Part shown: positions 10,853 through 21,600 of the stretch, piece by piece
Layout of the letters: each line of letters starts with the position of its first letter
Position numbering within the stretch: position 1 is the first letter of the stretch
Source: Chiloscyllium plagiosum
Taxonomy: Eukaryota
DNA length: 32,788 nucleotides
Reading direction: 5' to 3'
Assembly: GCF_004010195.1 (NCBI RefSeq)
Contig: NC_057718.1
Span: 94,212,039-94,244,826, forward strand
Translations under genes and position numbers: made by a program
The notes under the pieces: generated by a model
Seen by the model: the letters and a program-made list of their open reading frames with translations, nothing else
Database searches by the model: none
What the model was told of the DNA's origin: nothing

Positions 10853-10953
10853 GTGGTTGGAAGCAGCCAACGAGGACAGCAGCAAGACTGTGATCCATCC
10901 AACCCAGAGACAGTGTGTCCAAGACATCAGGAGCCAAACTCCACAATCTGATA

Positions 10954-11385
10954 TAAAATAAAGAACTGCATCTGTGGGAAATCTGAAACTAAAACAGAAA
11001 TTGCTGGAGAAACTCAGCAGGTCTGGCAGCATCAGTGTACAGAAAGCAGAGTTAACATTTCGGGGACCTGGTGAACCTTCTTCAGAGCTGATAGTCGCTA
11101 GGATGAGGTGGTCTATGTGCTGAAGATAGGGGCAGGAGTGTGCAAATCAGTGGAAACAGAGCCCACAGACAGAGCACATACCTTGTCATACACTGGGAGC
11201 GACAATGGAAGTAAAGACGGTGAACATGCGGAAAAATTAGAATGGGAATCCTGTTGGAGAGAGGAACAGAACATCTTCAAGGTAGGCACACCTGGAAAAG
11301 ATGCATTTAGTTAAACACTAAAATAAAACAAAGAACTATGGATGCTGGAGATGTGAAACAAAAATAGAAATTGCTGGAGAAACTC
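10954..11385 (-). mobile_element. Penelope-like terminal repeat fragments (third family), two copies
   Basis: AAAGAACT..GAT..TGG...TGAAAC.AAAA.AGAAATTGCTGGAGAAACTC occurs at about 10958-11015 and 11330-11385. The first copy continues into a decayed hammerhead at 11051-11088. Confidence 0.65.
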
Positions 11386-11529
11386 TACATTCTGCCTCAT
11401 GCAGAACAATATGACTTCAGACCATCTCGGTTCTTGTCTTTCCATCTCAGAAGACAACACTCATACTCACCCTCATTCTGGTTTTCCTCTCATACCCATG
11501 TCTAAAGATCACCCTTCACAAATTATTGA

Positions 11530-11690
11530 TTTATTCACTCATGGGATGTGGGTATCACTGGCTGGGTCAGCATTTATTGCCCATCCCAGGTTGACTGCTT
11601 GAGAAGGTGATGGTGAGTTGCCTTCTTGAACCGCTGCAGCCCATGTGCTATGGGTAGACCCACAAAGCAGTTAGGGAGGGAAATGTTGAC
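11530..11690 (-). mobile_element. LINE 3' fragment (CR1/L2-group)
   Basis: TTATTCACTCATGGGATGTGGG...CAGCATTTATTGCCCATCCC...CTTCTTGAACCGCTGCAG; related to 7885-7950. Confidence 0.55.
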
Positions 11691-12110
11691 CGACCTTCTA
11701 CTCCACATCCGCCACTAAGGACATTCACACTTCTCTGCTTTCTCCCCATGCAGGATAGGTGAGCATACAAACTCAAGGAATAACACAGTCGTTAGTAAGA
11801 GATGGATGCGAGAATACGGGGGTTTGGGGAAATCTCCTCTCCAGTCACAGGCACCGTTGTGACCCTACTGGAGATGTGTTTCCACCTGTGGCTGTGGCCT
11901 GGTTTGAGTTCCTGTCTTAGCTCGATGCCCTGACGTGGCGAGACACAGCATACTAGATGGAAGGAGTCTCTTAATTGCCTCATTAATTGGCTAATTTGGT
12001 TTCTGGCCACATCCAAGAGACAATTCTCATTCACCTTGGAATTTCCCCCAGGGAAAACAGGAAGAGGGTAGGATAACATCAGGACCCTGGCTCAGTGCAA
12101 GTGTTTCTGA

Positions 12111-12428
12111 TAGATTAGATTACTTACAGTGTGGAAACAGGCCCTTCAGCCCAACAAGTCCACACTGACCCGCCAAAGCGCAACCCATCCAGACCCATTC
12201 CCCTACATTTACCCCGTCACCTAACACTACGGGCAATTTAGCATGGCCAATTCACCTAACCTGCACATTTTTGGACTGTGGGAGGAAACCAGAGCACCGA
12301 GAGGAAACCCACGCAGACACGGGGAGAATGTGCAAACTCCACACAGACAGTCACCTGAGGTGGGAATTGAACCCGGGACTCTGGTGCTGTGAGACAGCAG
12401 TGCTAACCACTGTGCCACTGTGCCGCCC
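12111..12428 (-). mobile_element. HE1-type SINE, full length
   Basis: Reverse-complement match to 10011-10332 over its whole length. Confidence 0.93.
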
Positions 12429-12917
12429 ATTCTGGAATGTTCTGGAATGTTACATGATTCACCCACATTGAAGCCCACTTCCAGTTACCTGAGAAAACTT
12501 CAATTTCACCAAACCCTAATGTTGAAAGTTTAACTGTTTTCCTCCCCATATTCCTTTATCTTTTTCATGGAATATCTGACTCTTCCCAAGTATGTGATCC
12601 TATTGGGTGTAAGTCACCTTCTGCTGCCTCATCCATTGGGTTTCCTGGTGAATGGGCTTGGACTGTGTCTGTTGGAGATCTTCCATTTATACGGTCCATC
12701 GATCTCAGCTACACTTAATACGGTTGTCATATTCAATGTTCTGCTTGCCCTCAGCCAAGATTGATTGATCGCCCAGCACCAGTCCCATTCCCCTCAATAG
12801 CTGGACCCCCTATGGGAGAACACAAATTGCAAATCCTAACAGTGAGGCTGCATTGCCAATGGCCATCAAGTAACGCATCACTAGAAGACTGGCCTATGTG
12901 TGGAGCCACAGGAGATC

Positions 12918-13927
12918 AGGGAAGTACTAAACAAGTATTTTGCATCAGTGTTTACTGTGGAGTAGGACATGGAAGATACAGAATGTGGGCCAATAGATTG
13001 TAACTTCTTGTAAAATGTCCATATTACAGAGGAGGAGGTGCTGGATATCTTAAAATGCATAAAAGTGGATAAATCTCCTGATCAGGTGCACCCTAGAACT
13101 CTGTGGGAAGCTAGGGAAGTGATTGCTGGGCTTCTTGCTGAGATATTTGTATGATCGATAGTTATAGGTGAGGTGCTGGACGTTGGCTAACTATGTTACT
13201 ATTTAAGGAAGATGGTAAAGACAAGCCAGGAAACTATAGACTGGTGAACCTGACATCAGTGGTGGACAGGTTGTTGGAGGGAAGCCTGAGGGACAGGATT
13301 TACATGTATTTGGAAAGGCAAAGACTGATTATGGATAGTCATCGTGGCTTTCTGCATGGGAAATTATGTCTCACGCACTTGAGTTTTTTGAAGACGTAAC
13401 AAAGAGGATTGATGAGGGCAGAGTGGTAGACACGATCTATATGGATGTCAGTAAGGCGTTTGACAAGGTTCCTCATGGTGGACTGGTTAACAAGGTTAGA
13501 TCTCATGGAATACAAAGAGAACTAGCCATTTGGGTACAGAACTGACTCAAAGGTGGAAGACAGAGGGTGATGGTTGAGGGCTGTTCTTCAAACTGGAGGC
13601 CTGTGACCACTGGTGTGCCACAAGGATCAGTGCTGAGACCACTGCTTTTCGTCATGGGTCTCCTTCCTATTGGAAGGATGTTGTGAAACTTGAAAGAGTT
13701 CAGAAAAGATTTACAAGAATGTTGCCAGGGTTTGAGGATTTGAGCTACAGGGAGAGGTTGAATAGGCTGGGGCTGTTTTCCCTGGAACGTTGGAGGCTGA
13801 GGGGTGACCTTATAGAGGTTAATAAAATCATGAGGGGTTTGGATAGGATAAATACACAAGGTCTTTTCCCTGAGTTGGGGGAATCCAGAACTAGAGGGCA
13901 TGGGTTTAGGGTGAGAGGGGAAAGATC
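12918..13927 (+). mobile_element. CR1/HER1 ORF2 (RT) fragment with internal deletion
   Basis: LFKEDGKDKPGNYRLVNLTSVV, YMDVSKAFDKVPH and GVPQGSVL.PLLFV, then a jump at about 13655 to KLERVQKRFTRMLPG...GESRTRGH. Confidence 0.93.
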
Positions 13928-13928
13928 T

Positions 13929-14085
13929 AGCATGGCCAACCCACCCAACCTGCACATTTTTGGACTGTGGGAGGAAACCCATGCAGACATGGGGAGAATG
14001 TGTAAATCCACACAGACAGTCACTCAAGGGCTAAATTGAAATGGTGATATGAAGCAGCAATGCTAACCACTCAGCCACCATGCCA
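13929..14085 (-). mobile_element. HE1 SINE, 5' portion only
   Basis: TAGCATGGCCAA...TTTGGACTGTGGGAGGAAACC...TGCTAACCACT. Confidence 0.85.
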
Positions 14086-14294
14086 CATTTAAGACTGCGC
14101 CATAAGCTACACAACAATCTTTTGTATGGTGACAGTTATGCCCTTATTGATATATTAGTATGCTATAAATGTTGCCTGGCAGCACTTTTACAGATTCTAA
14201 CATTTTAGCTACAGAATGAAAATAAATGAAAGCAATTTAATAATTCACTCATGTCAAATGGATATCTTAAGTTTTGTCTATCTTAATCTCCAAT

Positions 14295-14390
14295 GACAAC
14301 AACTTGCCTTTATATTAACCTCAGAATTGTTAAATGGCCAAGGCACGTCACAGGTACAATTATCAAACAGGATTTGACACCAAGCCAGAT
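14295..14390 (-). mobile_element. L2-type 3' tail relic
   Basis: CAACAACTTGCCTTTATAT...TTATCAAACA...TTTGACACCAAGCCA is the reverse-complement counterpart of 23535-23615. Confidence 0.5.
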
Positions 14391-15067
14391 AGTAGATATC
14401 ATTTCGGAATAGAATTCGTTTTTGAGATCAATCAGTTTTAGACAGAGGTAGAAGAATCCAACCTGTGCCAAAAATGAATATGTATTAGCATTATACAAAT
14501 GATGGTTTTGTGTAGCTGGTGTAAAATTATACACGGAAGATAACTAAAAACAGTTACACTGTTGATAAGCAGCTTGTCTCTAAAGGCTTCAGAAAGATAA
14601 AACAAAAAAACCTAACAGAGACATACAATGGAATAAGACAACACATGCTAAACACATTCAAATTTATGCGTAAACATTTCATTAGGAGTGCATTTCATTT
14701 TCATGTTCATTTGGAGAGCTAGTCAACTCCAATTGTTCCTTTGAAATATTGACAATGCATTGAAAATCATTTTTGTTCCTGTGGAATAAAAATATCATTC
14801 TGTCAGAACTAAAGTATGCACATCTACACTCTGAGTAATGGTCGAAGTCCATACTAATCAATTGACTGCCATTGAAACACAAATACCAATCATTTCCCTA
14901 GTTAGAACCTGCATCTTGTGGGGCAGAAATTAATTCCAGGTACACTTGTGTGAGAGACACCTGAAACCAGCATGGAATTAGACCTCAAGGTTTATCCAAG
15001 CGCTGGTCACTTCCACATACATTTTAGTTAATATAGATACTAGGAGTGTCTACTGGGAGGGAGGAAA

Positions 15068-15340
15068 TGTGTGTGTGTGTCTGTATGTGTCCACATGTGT
15101 GTGTGTATGCGTTTGAGTGTGTGTGCGCTCGTGTGTGTGGCTGTGTGTATGTGTGCACGTGCGTGTATGTGTGCATGTGTTTGTGTGTGTGTGCGTGTGT
15201 GTGTATGTGCGTGTGTGTGCATGTGTTTGTGTGTGTGTGCATGAGAGTGTGTGCGTGTGTGTGAGTGTGTGCATGAGAATGTGTGCGTGTGTTTGTGTGT
15301 GTGCATGTGTGTGTGTGTGCATGTGTGTATGTGTGTGACA
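15068..15340. repeat. Imperfect (TG)n microsatellite, about 270 bp
   Basis: Seen directly, interspersed with GCAT/GCGT/GTAT units. Confidence 0.97.
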
Positions 15341-15372
15341 TGTAAGACCCAGCTCCTTACAAAACACACAAA

Positions 15373-15510
15373 CAGAGATTAGGAGTCGGCAATTCAACTG
15401 AGTTTGCTCTGACATTCAACGTGATCATGGTTGATTATCCATCTCAGTTCACTGTTCTCACTTCATACTCTTTGATACCTTTAGCCCTCAGAACTATTTG
15501 TAACTCCTTC
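15373..15510 (-). mobile_element. Old CR1-type 3' UTR relic
   Basis: TAGGAGTCGGCAATTC...CATTCAACGTGATCATGGTTGAT is the reverse-complement counterpart of 21205-21285. Confidence 0.55.
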
Positions 15511-15574
15511 GTGAAACTGCTTCTTTCAATGCCTTTCTGAGTTGGTTAAATTCAGCATGGAAAATAATTAATTT

Positions 15575-15685
15575 TGGTTCTTGCGTTGTAGTGGTCCCTA
15601 CTTCTTGTCCAGGAGACCTTGGTTCAGATCCCACATGCTGCAGAGGTGTGTAATAACATCTCTGAACATGTTGATTGGACAGTAT
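15575..15685 (+). mobile_element. Short tRNA-derived SINE relic
   Basis: A-box-like TGTAGTGG and B-box-like GGTTCAGATCCC, followed by a short body. Confidence 0.5.
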
Positions 15686-15956
15686 CTATTTTGATTCCCA
15701 GATAACCAACTAAATGCTCTCACAAGTGCATAATTAACAAGGACTGCAACTCATTCCTACCAAGTGCATTAGTGATGGCATTTTTTTCCTATTGCTTTTC
15801 TTTTCCCACTTCCTTAATTCAATCATGTCCTCTGTTGAGTCATAAAGTTAGAACAGTTGTGCTTACCGATACCTTGTCTAAAGATTTGGTATTCTGAAGA
15901 AAAAGGATATACTTACCTTCAAACATTACACTGAAGATTGACGCTGTTGAGGTGAA

Positions 15957-16096
15957 AGTGTCCTGTACTTCCCATGGGGTTGCCTACCAGTTAGCTCATG
16001 CTAAAACTTGATGTTATAATCCAGACTGAGCACTGTAACCTGCAGTGATAGACATAAGCAATATTTTGTGGCAGTTTGGTCTGGCCCATAACACAA
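15957..16096 (-). repeat. Inverted copy of the LTR head plus captured segment (copy 1)
   Basis: The reverse complement TTG-TGTTATGGGCCAGACCAAACTGCCACAAAATATTGCTTATGTCTAT... aligns to 16762-16938. Confidence 0.85.
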
Positions 16097-16764
16097 CCAG
16101 TGCCAGTTGATTGAATAGAATCCATCTCTCCCTCAGGAGATGAGAAAAACAAGAGGCAATCTTGCAAGGCAGTCATAAAATTCTCAAAGCAGTTGCTTTA
16201 CCCGAACAGTCGAAGCATCGTAAAGGATGCTCGAACCTCCAGACACGTCACCTACCCAGGTGATTAAGCAGTACCTGTCCTGTAGATGGCAGAGTTTGGC
16301 AATGGTGCTTTAGGCCATCCAAGAACCCATTAAGATAGAGTGGAAGCAAGTCACTCTCAAATCCAAAAAACATTCTTGGGAATTTTTCCAGGTTTTCTGA
16401 AGGATTCTGGTGAATCTACACTTGCCAGACAGTGTTTCAATGGGTAATAATCATGGGTGACAACACATTCTAGTATCTAACCTATTTTTTTATTTGCATA
16501 GGTTAGATACTCAATCCATTAATTTTTCCCACCCCAATTCACTTAAAATCACTTATCCAACTGGAAAATTTATTTCCTTTTTCATTTTGGTCACCTCTTG
16601 TCCACCTTGGTCAGTTACTCGATATTATTTCGCCAAAGCTGAGCACATTACATCAGTTACAGACAAACTGAGACTGTGCACTGTCAAATTTCATTGTTCC
16701 CCATTTGCCATTGTGCTATTGCAGTGATAAACTCAATAATCCCAATTGTGATCTCAATGCCTTG

Positions 16765-17510
16765 TGTTATGGACCAGACCAAACTCCCACAAAATATTGG
16801 TTATGTCTATGATTGCAAGTTTCAGCTTCTCCTATTGTTCTAATTTTAAAAAAAATCCAAGCTCAGTCTGGATTATAGCATTAAAAGTTAGCATAAGTCA
16901 ACTGGTAGGGGGCAACTCCGTGGGAAGTAAGGGATGCTGTCTTGTGTTCTGATTTTAAAGGAATTGCATTCCAGATGCAATTCAATCAATTCAAACTACC
17001 AGATTTAAAGCAAAACACACTTTATTCATCCACTAGTTAAAACACTGCAAAAGAAAGAAGAAATTGGAATAACATAACTCGGGAATAATAGATAGAATAA
17101 CTGTCACTAGTTAACTGAAACATCCCAGAAACACACTCTGGGTAAAAGGCACATTCAGAAAACAGATTGGCCTCACGTCCAACTCCTAAAGCACAGGAGG
17201 AAAAAAGAAAACATCAAGAGAAAATTCTGAGAGAGTGTAGCAGCTGGGAGAGCTCTACTGCAGCTTCCAACCCTGCTGAAACCCTCAGCAACAGCTGCCA
17301 CTGAAAAACTAAAAAACGAAACTGAAAATTCTGATTCTATGGGAGATTGATGACACTCAGTCAAGCTACTTCTATTGTTCCAAATTTTAAAAAAATCCAA
17401 AGCCTCACAAGTTATTTACTGTAGTGGTTCTGGTAGATTGCTTGGTATCTCTGCCTTAAAACCTCTTTCTGGAAAAACCCAGCACCTCATAAAGCTATAG
17501 CATTGTCACA
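16765..17510. mobile_element. Solo LTR (Gypsy-type) carrying a foreign insert at about 16796-16950
   Basis: TGTTA...TCACA ends, homology to the LTR at 620-1268, and no internal coding sequence adjacent. The flanks CTTG/CCCG are at best a decayed TSD. Confidence 0.7.
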
Positions 17511-18127
17511 CCCGCCATATTACTAGCTGGCTTTGGAATAAATGTTCATCACGTAATATTTTTTCTCTTTTGATATTTGCCTTCGAACCGGACAGAAACC
17601 TATAATGCTTTAAGTTTGACTTGTTGTTCTATGCTGTGTGTGTTAAGAAATGAAGGATACAGTATTGATTTCTTCTTAGCAGTGCTGGGGTTCCTGAAGG
17701 TTGTTGATCCATGCATTTTTCATGAGGGTTTACAGCCTTGCAGAAAGACCTGAGGTGAACAGTTCACTGCATTTGAAACAAAAGTCGAGGAGAAAAATAA
17801 ACTGCTGTTGCCTGGCAATAAGACATCTGATGCCACAGGGAGACAGAACCATAGCACAGTCCACAAGTTTAGATAAAGTGTACGTTTGTTTCAGAGAGAA
17901 GCAGCAACAAATAAAGTTTCAATTTAACTCATGAGAATCTGACTGAATTATATGTGGCATCCATCATTGCAGATAGAGCTCGTGAGCACACAGGTGTTTT
18001 TTTTAAATATACAGAAAGGTTCCTTGATAAATGTACACTTCTAAAAAAAGATAATAGAGTTTAGCTGCTTGCTCAAGCAACTCATGACCTTGGCTTAGAC
18101 TTGAATTTCCACTGCTGTTTTACTTTT

Positions 18128-18246
18128 ATAACATACGACAGCATCTCTCACTTCCCACGGGGCTACCTACCAGTTGGCCCATGCTAAAACTTAATGCTAT
18201 AATCCATACTGAGCACTGAAGCCTGCAGTGATAGATTTTAACTAAT
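18128..18246 (-). repeat. Third copy (likely source) of the ~110-bp local segment
   Basis: ACTTCCCACGGGGCTACCTACCAGTTGGCCCATGCTAAAACTTAATGCTATAATCC... is a direct match to 15957-16052 and an inverted match to 16796-16950. Confidence 0.85.
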
Positions 18247-18454
18247 TCAGTTTGTTTGTACTGCCTGCAGTAAGGTGCCTTTCCACAATAATAAGGATGC
18301 TTTGACGTCAATTCAACATTCCTGTAGATTGTCAAATACCATATTCAATGGTGGTTTGCAAATGTATGCAGGCTAAGTTGGACAGCTCCTCAAAATGACT
18401 GCAAGTATCGTAATACACATCTAATCATATTTGCTCAATGCAGTCACCTCAAGA

Positions 18455-19145
18455 CTACTCAAACCCTGTCCATCATCTACAAGGCACAAGTCAGGTGGAT
18501 GATGGAATACTGCCTACTTATCTGAATGGGTGCAGTCTCATCAACACTCAAGTAGCTGGACACCATCCAGGACAAAGCAGCCTGCTTAATTGGCAATACA
18601 TCCACAAACATCCACTGCTGATGCTCATTGGTAGTGGTGTGCACTATCTACAAGATGCACTGCGGAAATTCACCAAAGATCCTCAAAAAGCATCTTCCAA
18701 ACCCAAAACGATTTCTATTCGGGGCGGCACGGTGGCTCAGTGGTTGCACTGCTGCCTCACAGCACCAAGGATCGAGGTTCAATTCCAGCCTCAGCTGACT
18801 GTTTGTGCGGAGTTTGCATATTCTCCCCATGTCCGCATAGGTTTGCTTGGTTTCCTCCCATAATCCGAAGATGTGCAGGCCAGGTGAATTGGCTGTGCTA
18901 AATTGCCCACAGTGTTCAGGGATGTGTAGGTTAGGTGCATTAGTCAGGGTAAATATAGAGAATAGGGTAGGGGAATGGGTCTGGGTGGGTTACTCTTCAG
19001 AGGGTCGGTGTGGACTTGTTGGGATGAAGGGCCGTTTCCACACTGTAGGGATTCTATGATTTAGGACAAGGGCAACAGATAAATCATAACACCACCATGT
19101 GCAATTTCCACCCCTAGCCGATTACCATCCTGACTTGTAAATATA
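18455..19145 (+). mobile_element. LINE RT C-terminal fragment (CR1/L2-group), interrupted by HE1
   Basis: Encodes LSIIYKAQVR..MEYCLLI.MGA...KXLDTIQDKAA. Resumes after the SINE at AGGACAAGGGC. Confidence 0.7.
18722..19060 (+). mobile_element. HE1-type SINE, full length
   Basis: GGGCGGCACGGTGGCTCAGTGG head, B box, core and ATTCTATGAT tail. Confidence 0.92.
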
Positions 19146-20005
19146 GTATGTAGTATGTTAACTTTGTGTCTCAACTTCACTTCAATAATCTCTGTTTCTG
19201 AGCAGCTCTAACCATAACACTGCTCTGGAGGTCTCGACTGCACACATGGCCAATTATTCTATCGTGAGATTCATGGCACCTGTACTGATTGCGTGACGAT
19301 TACTGACACAATTCTGTCTCTTGGGCTCAACCAGGGGCAGCAGGAGCTCACTGGAGGGCAGCGGATGTTCCTGCATGTCTCATATAGAGGGGTGGACACT
19401 GGCCATTTTAGGGACACCCATTAGTGAAGCCAGCGATGAGGCTGAAGCAATTAATAGCGATGACAATCGTCAAACCTTAATCCTTCGTCTCACATTTAAG
19501 TTGACAGTGGGCTCTGTATTGTGTGTACAGCAAGCTAGTGATCTGTCCTCTAACACATCACTAGGATGTGGTGCTGACCTCCACATTCCCAACCTGCTGG
19601 AAGACAGCATTTTCTCCCATATCCTGACATTCTGCCCTTGCCCAAATTGGCGGCTTCTCTGCCAGCCAGCCCAGATTGCTGCCATCCATGCCAGGATGGC
19701 AATTTGAGACCCAGAGCTGCATCCTTGCCGATTGGAAGTCAGCAGTTTTCCACCGGTCACATTGCCATCATTGGAGAGCCATCCATGGAGCACCGCGATA
19801 GGCAAATGTACAGGAACCAAGGAAATGCTCCAGGGTGGCTAGTTGTGTTTTCTACTCAAAATGGCATGATCTCATTTAAACATTTGGTTTGTAACATTGA
19901 CGTTTGACGTTTGTCAGTGACAAACCGAAGATATGGTGCAGGATTGGTGGAGGTTGTGGAAATGTATTTGTAGGTTCCTGGCAGCACTTTCAGGAGTTAT
20001 AAAGT

Positions 20006-20643
20006 CAGAGAGTCATAGATCTGTACAGCACGGAAACAGACCCTTCAGTCCAACTCGTCCATGCTGACCTGATATCCTAAATTAATCTAGTCACATTTGC
20101 CAGCACTTGACCCATATCCCTCTATACACTTCCTATTCATATACCCACCCAGATGCCTTTTAAATGTTGCAATTGCACCAGTTTCTACCACTTCCTCTGG
20201 CAGCTCATTACATGCACTACCCTCTGGGTGAAAAAGCTGCCCCTTAGGTTCCTTTTAAATTTTTCCCCTCTCACCTTAAATCTATACCCTCTAGTTTTGG
20301 ACTCTCCTACCATGGGGAAAAGATCTTGACTATCTCATCCTTTCCATGTCCTTCATGATTTTAAAAATAAGATCACCCCTCATCCTCTGGCACTCCAAAG
20401 AAAATAGCCCCAGCCTATTCAGCCTCTTCCTATAGCTCAAACCTTCTAACCCTGGCGACATCCTTATAAATTTTTTCGGAACCCTTTCAAGATTCACAAC
20501 ATCCTTTCTCCATCAGGAAGACCAGGAATTAATGCAATATTCCAAAAGTGACCTAACCAATGTTCTATACAGTTGCAATGTGACCTCCCAACTCCTATAC
20601 TCAGTGCACTGACCAATAAGGATAAGCATACCAAATGTCTTCT
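20006..20643 (-). mobile_element. CR1/HER1 LINE 3' fragment
   Basis: Collinear with 4562-5075. Confidence 0.9.
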
Positions 20644-20799
20644 ACCTGAGATTCTTCAGAGTTCTTAAGACATCCAGGGAAGAGTAAAAAAGAGTTTGCA
20701 TCCTCCCTTCCATTTCCTTTTTGTCACAAAGGACCATGAGGCTGAATGTGCACAAGCCATTGAACATAACAGGGAGGGTTAAAATAGTGGCTATGAATG

Positions 20800-21290
20800 C
20801 ACATGGGAACCTAGACTTTCTAATGCATAGAGTATAGACATATGAAAGTTACACTGAGCCTTTTCAAAACACAGATTTGACCTCAACAACCTTATTGCAT
20901 CCAATTCTGGCCACTAAATTTTAGAGTCATAGAGTGACAGAGATGTGCAGCACAGAAACAGATCCTTCTATCCAACTCAGCCAAGCCGACCAGATATCCT
21001 AAATTAATCTAGTCCCAATTGCCAGCACTTGGCCCATATTCCTCTAAACCCTTCCTATTCATGTACCCATCCAAATGTCTTTTAAATGCTGCAATTGTAC
21101 CAGCCTCCATCACTTCCTCTGGCAGAGACTTTATGGATAGCTAAGACTGAGATGGATAGATCCTTGATCTGGACAGTAAAGGGCAGGAAAGTAGATGTGA
21201 GGAGTGTCAGATGAACCATGATCCTTTGGAATAGTGAAGCAGGCTCGAGGGGCCGAAAGGCCTACTCCTTTTCCTATTTCTCATGGTCAG
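20800..21290 (+). mobile_element. Older CR1 relic, interrupted by a younger CR1 tail
   Basis: Decayed IEY..EV.LSLFKT..RPQ..YCIQFW at 20825-20915, and a 3' UTR (GCAGGCTCGAGGGGCCGAAAGGCCTACTCCT) at 21130-21290. Confidence 0.6.
20922..21125 (-). mobile_element. CR1/HER1 3' end
   Basis: TAGAGTCATAGAG tail and 3' UTR as at 4562. Confidence 0.9.
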
Positions 21291-21369
21291 ATGGTTATGT
21301 TATAGAGGACAGTAAACTGTAAGATAATGCAAATATTTCCAGGGTCAGTCAAGTATAAGCCAGCTCCAT

Positions 21370-21600
21370 TTAGAAGCTCATCACCATGGTGACCATGATA
21401 GTCACTGGCAAAACAGTCCTGTCGCTGCTCATTGTTTGTAGTTGCCGTCATTAAGCAGTGTCATTTCATACACTGCACATTGCCAAGGTCCAGCTAAGGA
21501 AATTGGTCCCTGAACACCTTGAGTGGATATGACCTTTGGGAAAGAGCCTTTGCCTCTTCCTCCTCCCTCTTCCACAGCTCCTCCTGCTTTGTGTAACCTC
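21370..21600 (-). pseudogene. Decayed PIF/Harbinger transposase (HARBI1-like) N-terminus
   Basis: Translates as ALSQRSYPLKVFRDQFP*LDLGNVQCMK*, then after a frameshift QLQTMSSDRTVLPVTIMVTMVMSF*. This resembles recalled Harbinger motifs RPYPPRVFR...YL.LSEEQC.RR and RTALPVAVKVT.ALNF. Confidence 0.6.

Noticed and set aside
15024..15415. His/Thr-rich and Cys/Val-rich ORFs (also at 3900-4155)
   Set aside because: Translations of (TG)n/(CA)n microsatellites.
15909..15918. ATACTTACCT, identical to the U1 snRNA 5' end
   Set aside because: The downstream sequence does not match U1. It is simply the complement of a consensus splice donor.
16210..16234. Small CpG-containing hairpin TCG(A)AGCATC/GATGCTCGA
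   Set aside because: 9 bp with a bulge; no recognisable family and within chance expectation.
19321..19907. Overlapping 89-128 aa ORFs on both strands
   Set aside because: No recognisable domains or clear splice structure; likely chance ORFs in moderately GC-rich, possibly old transposon DNA.
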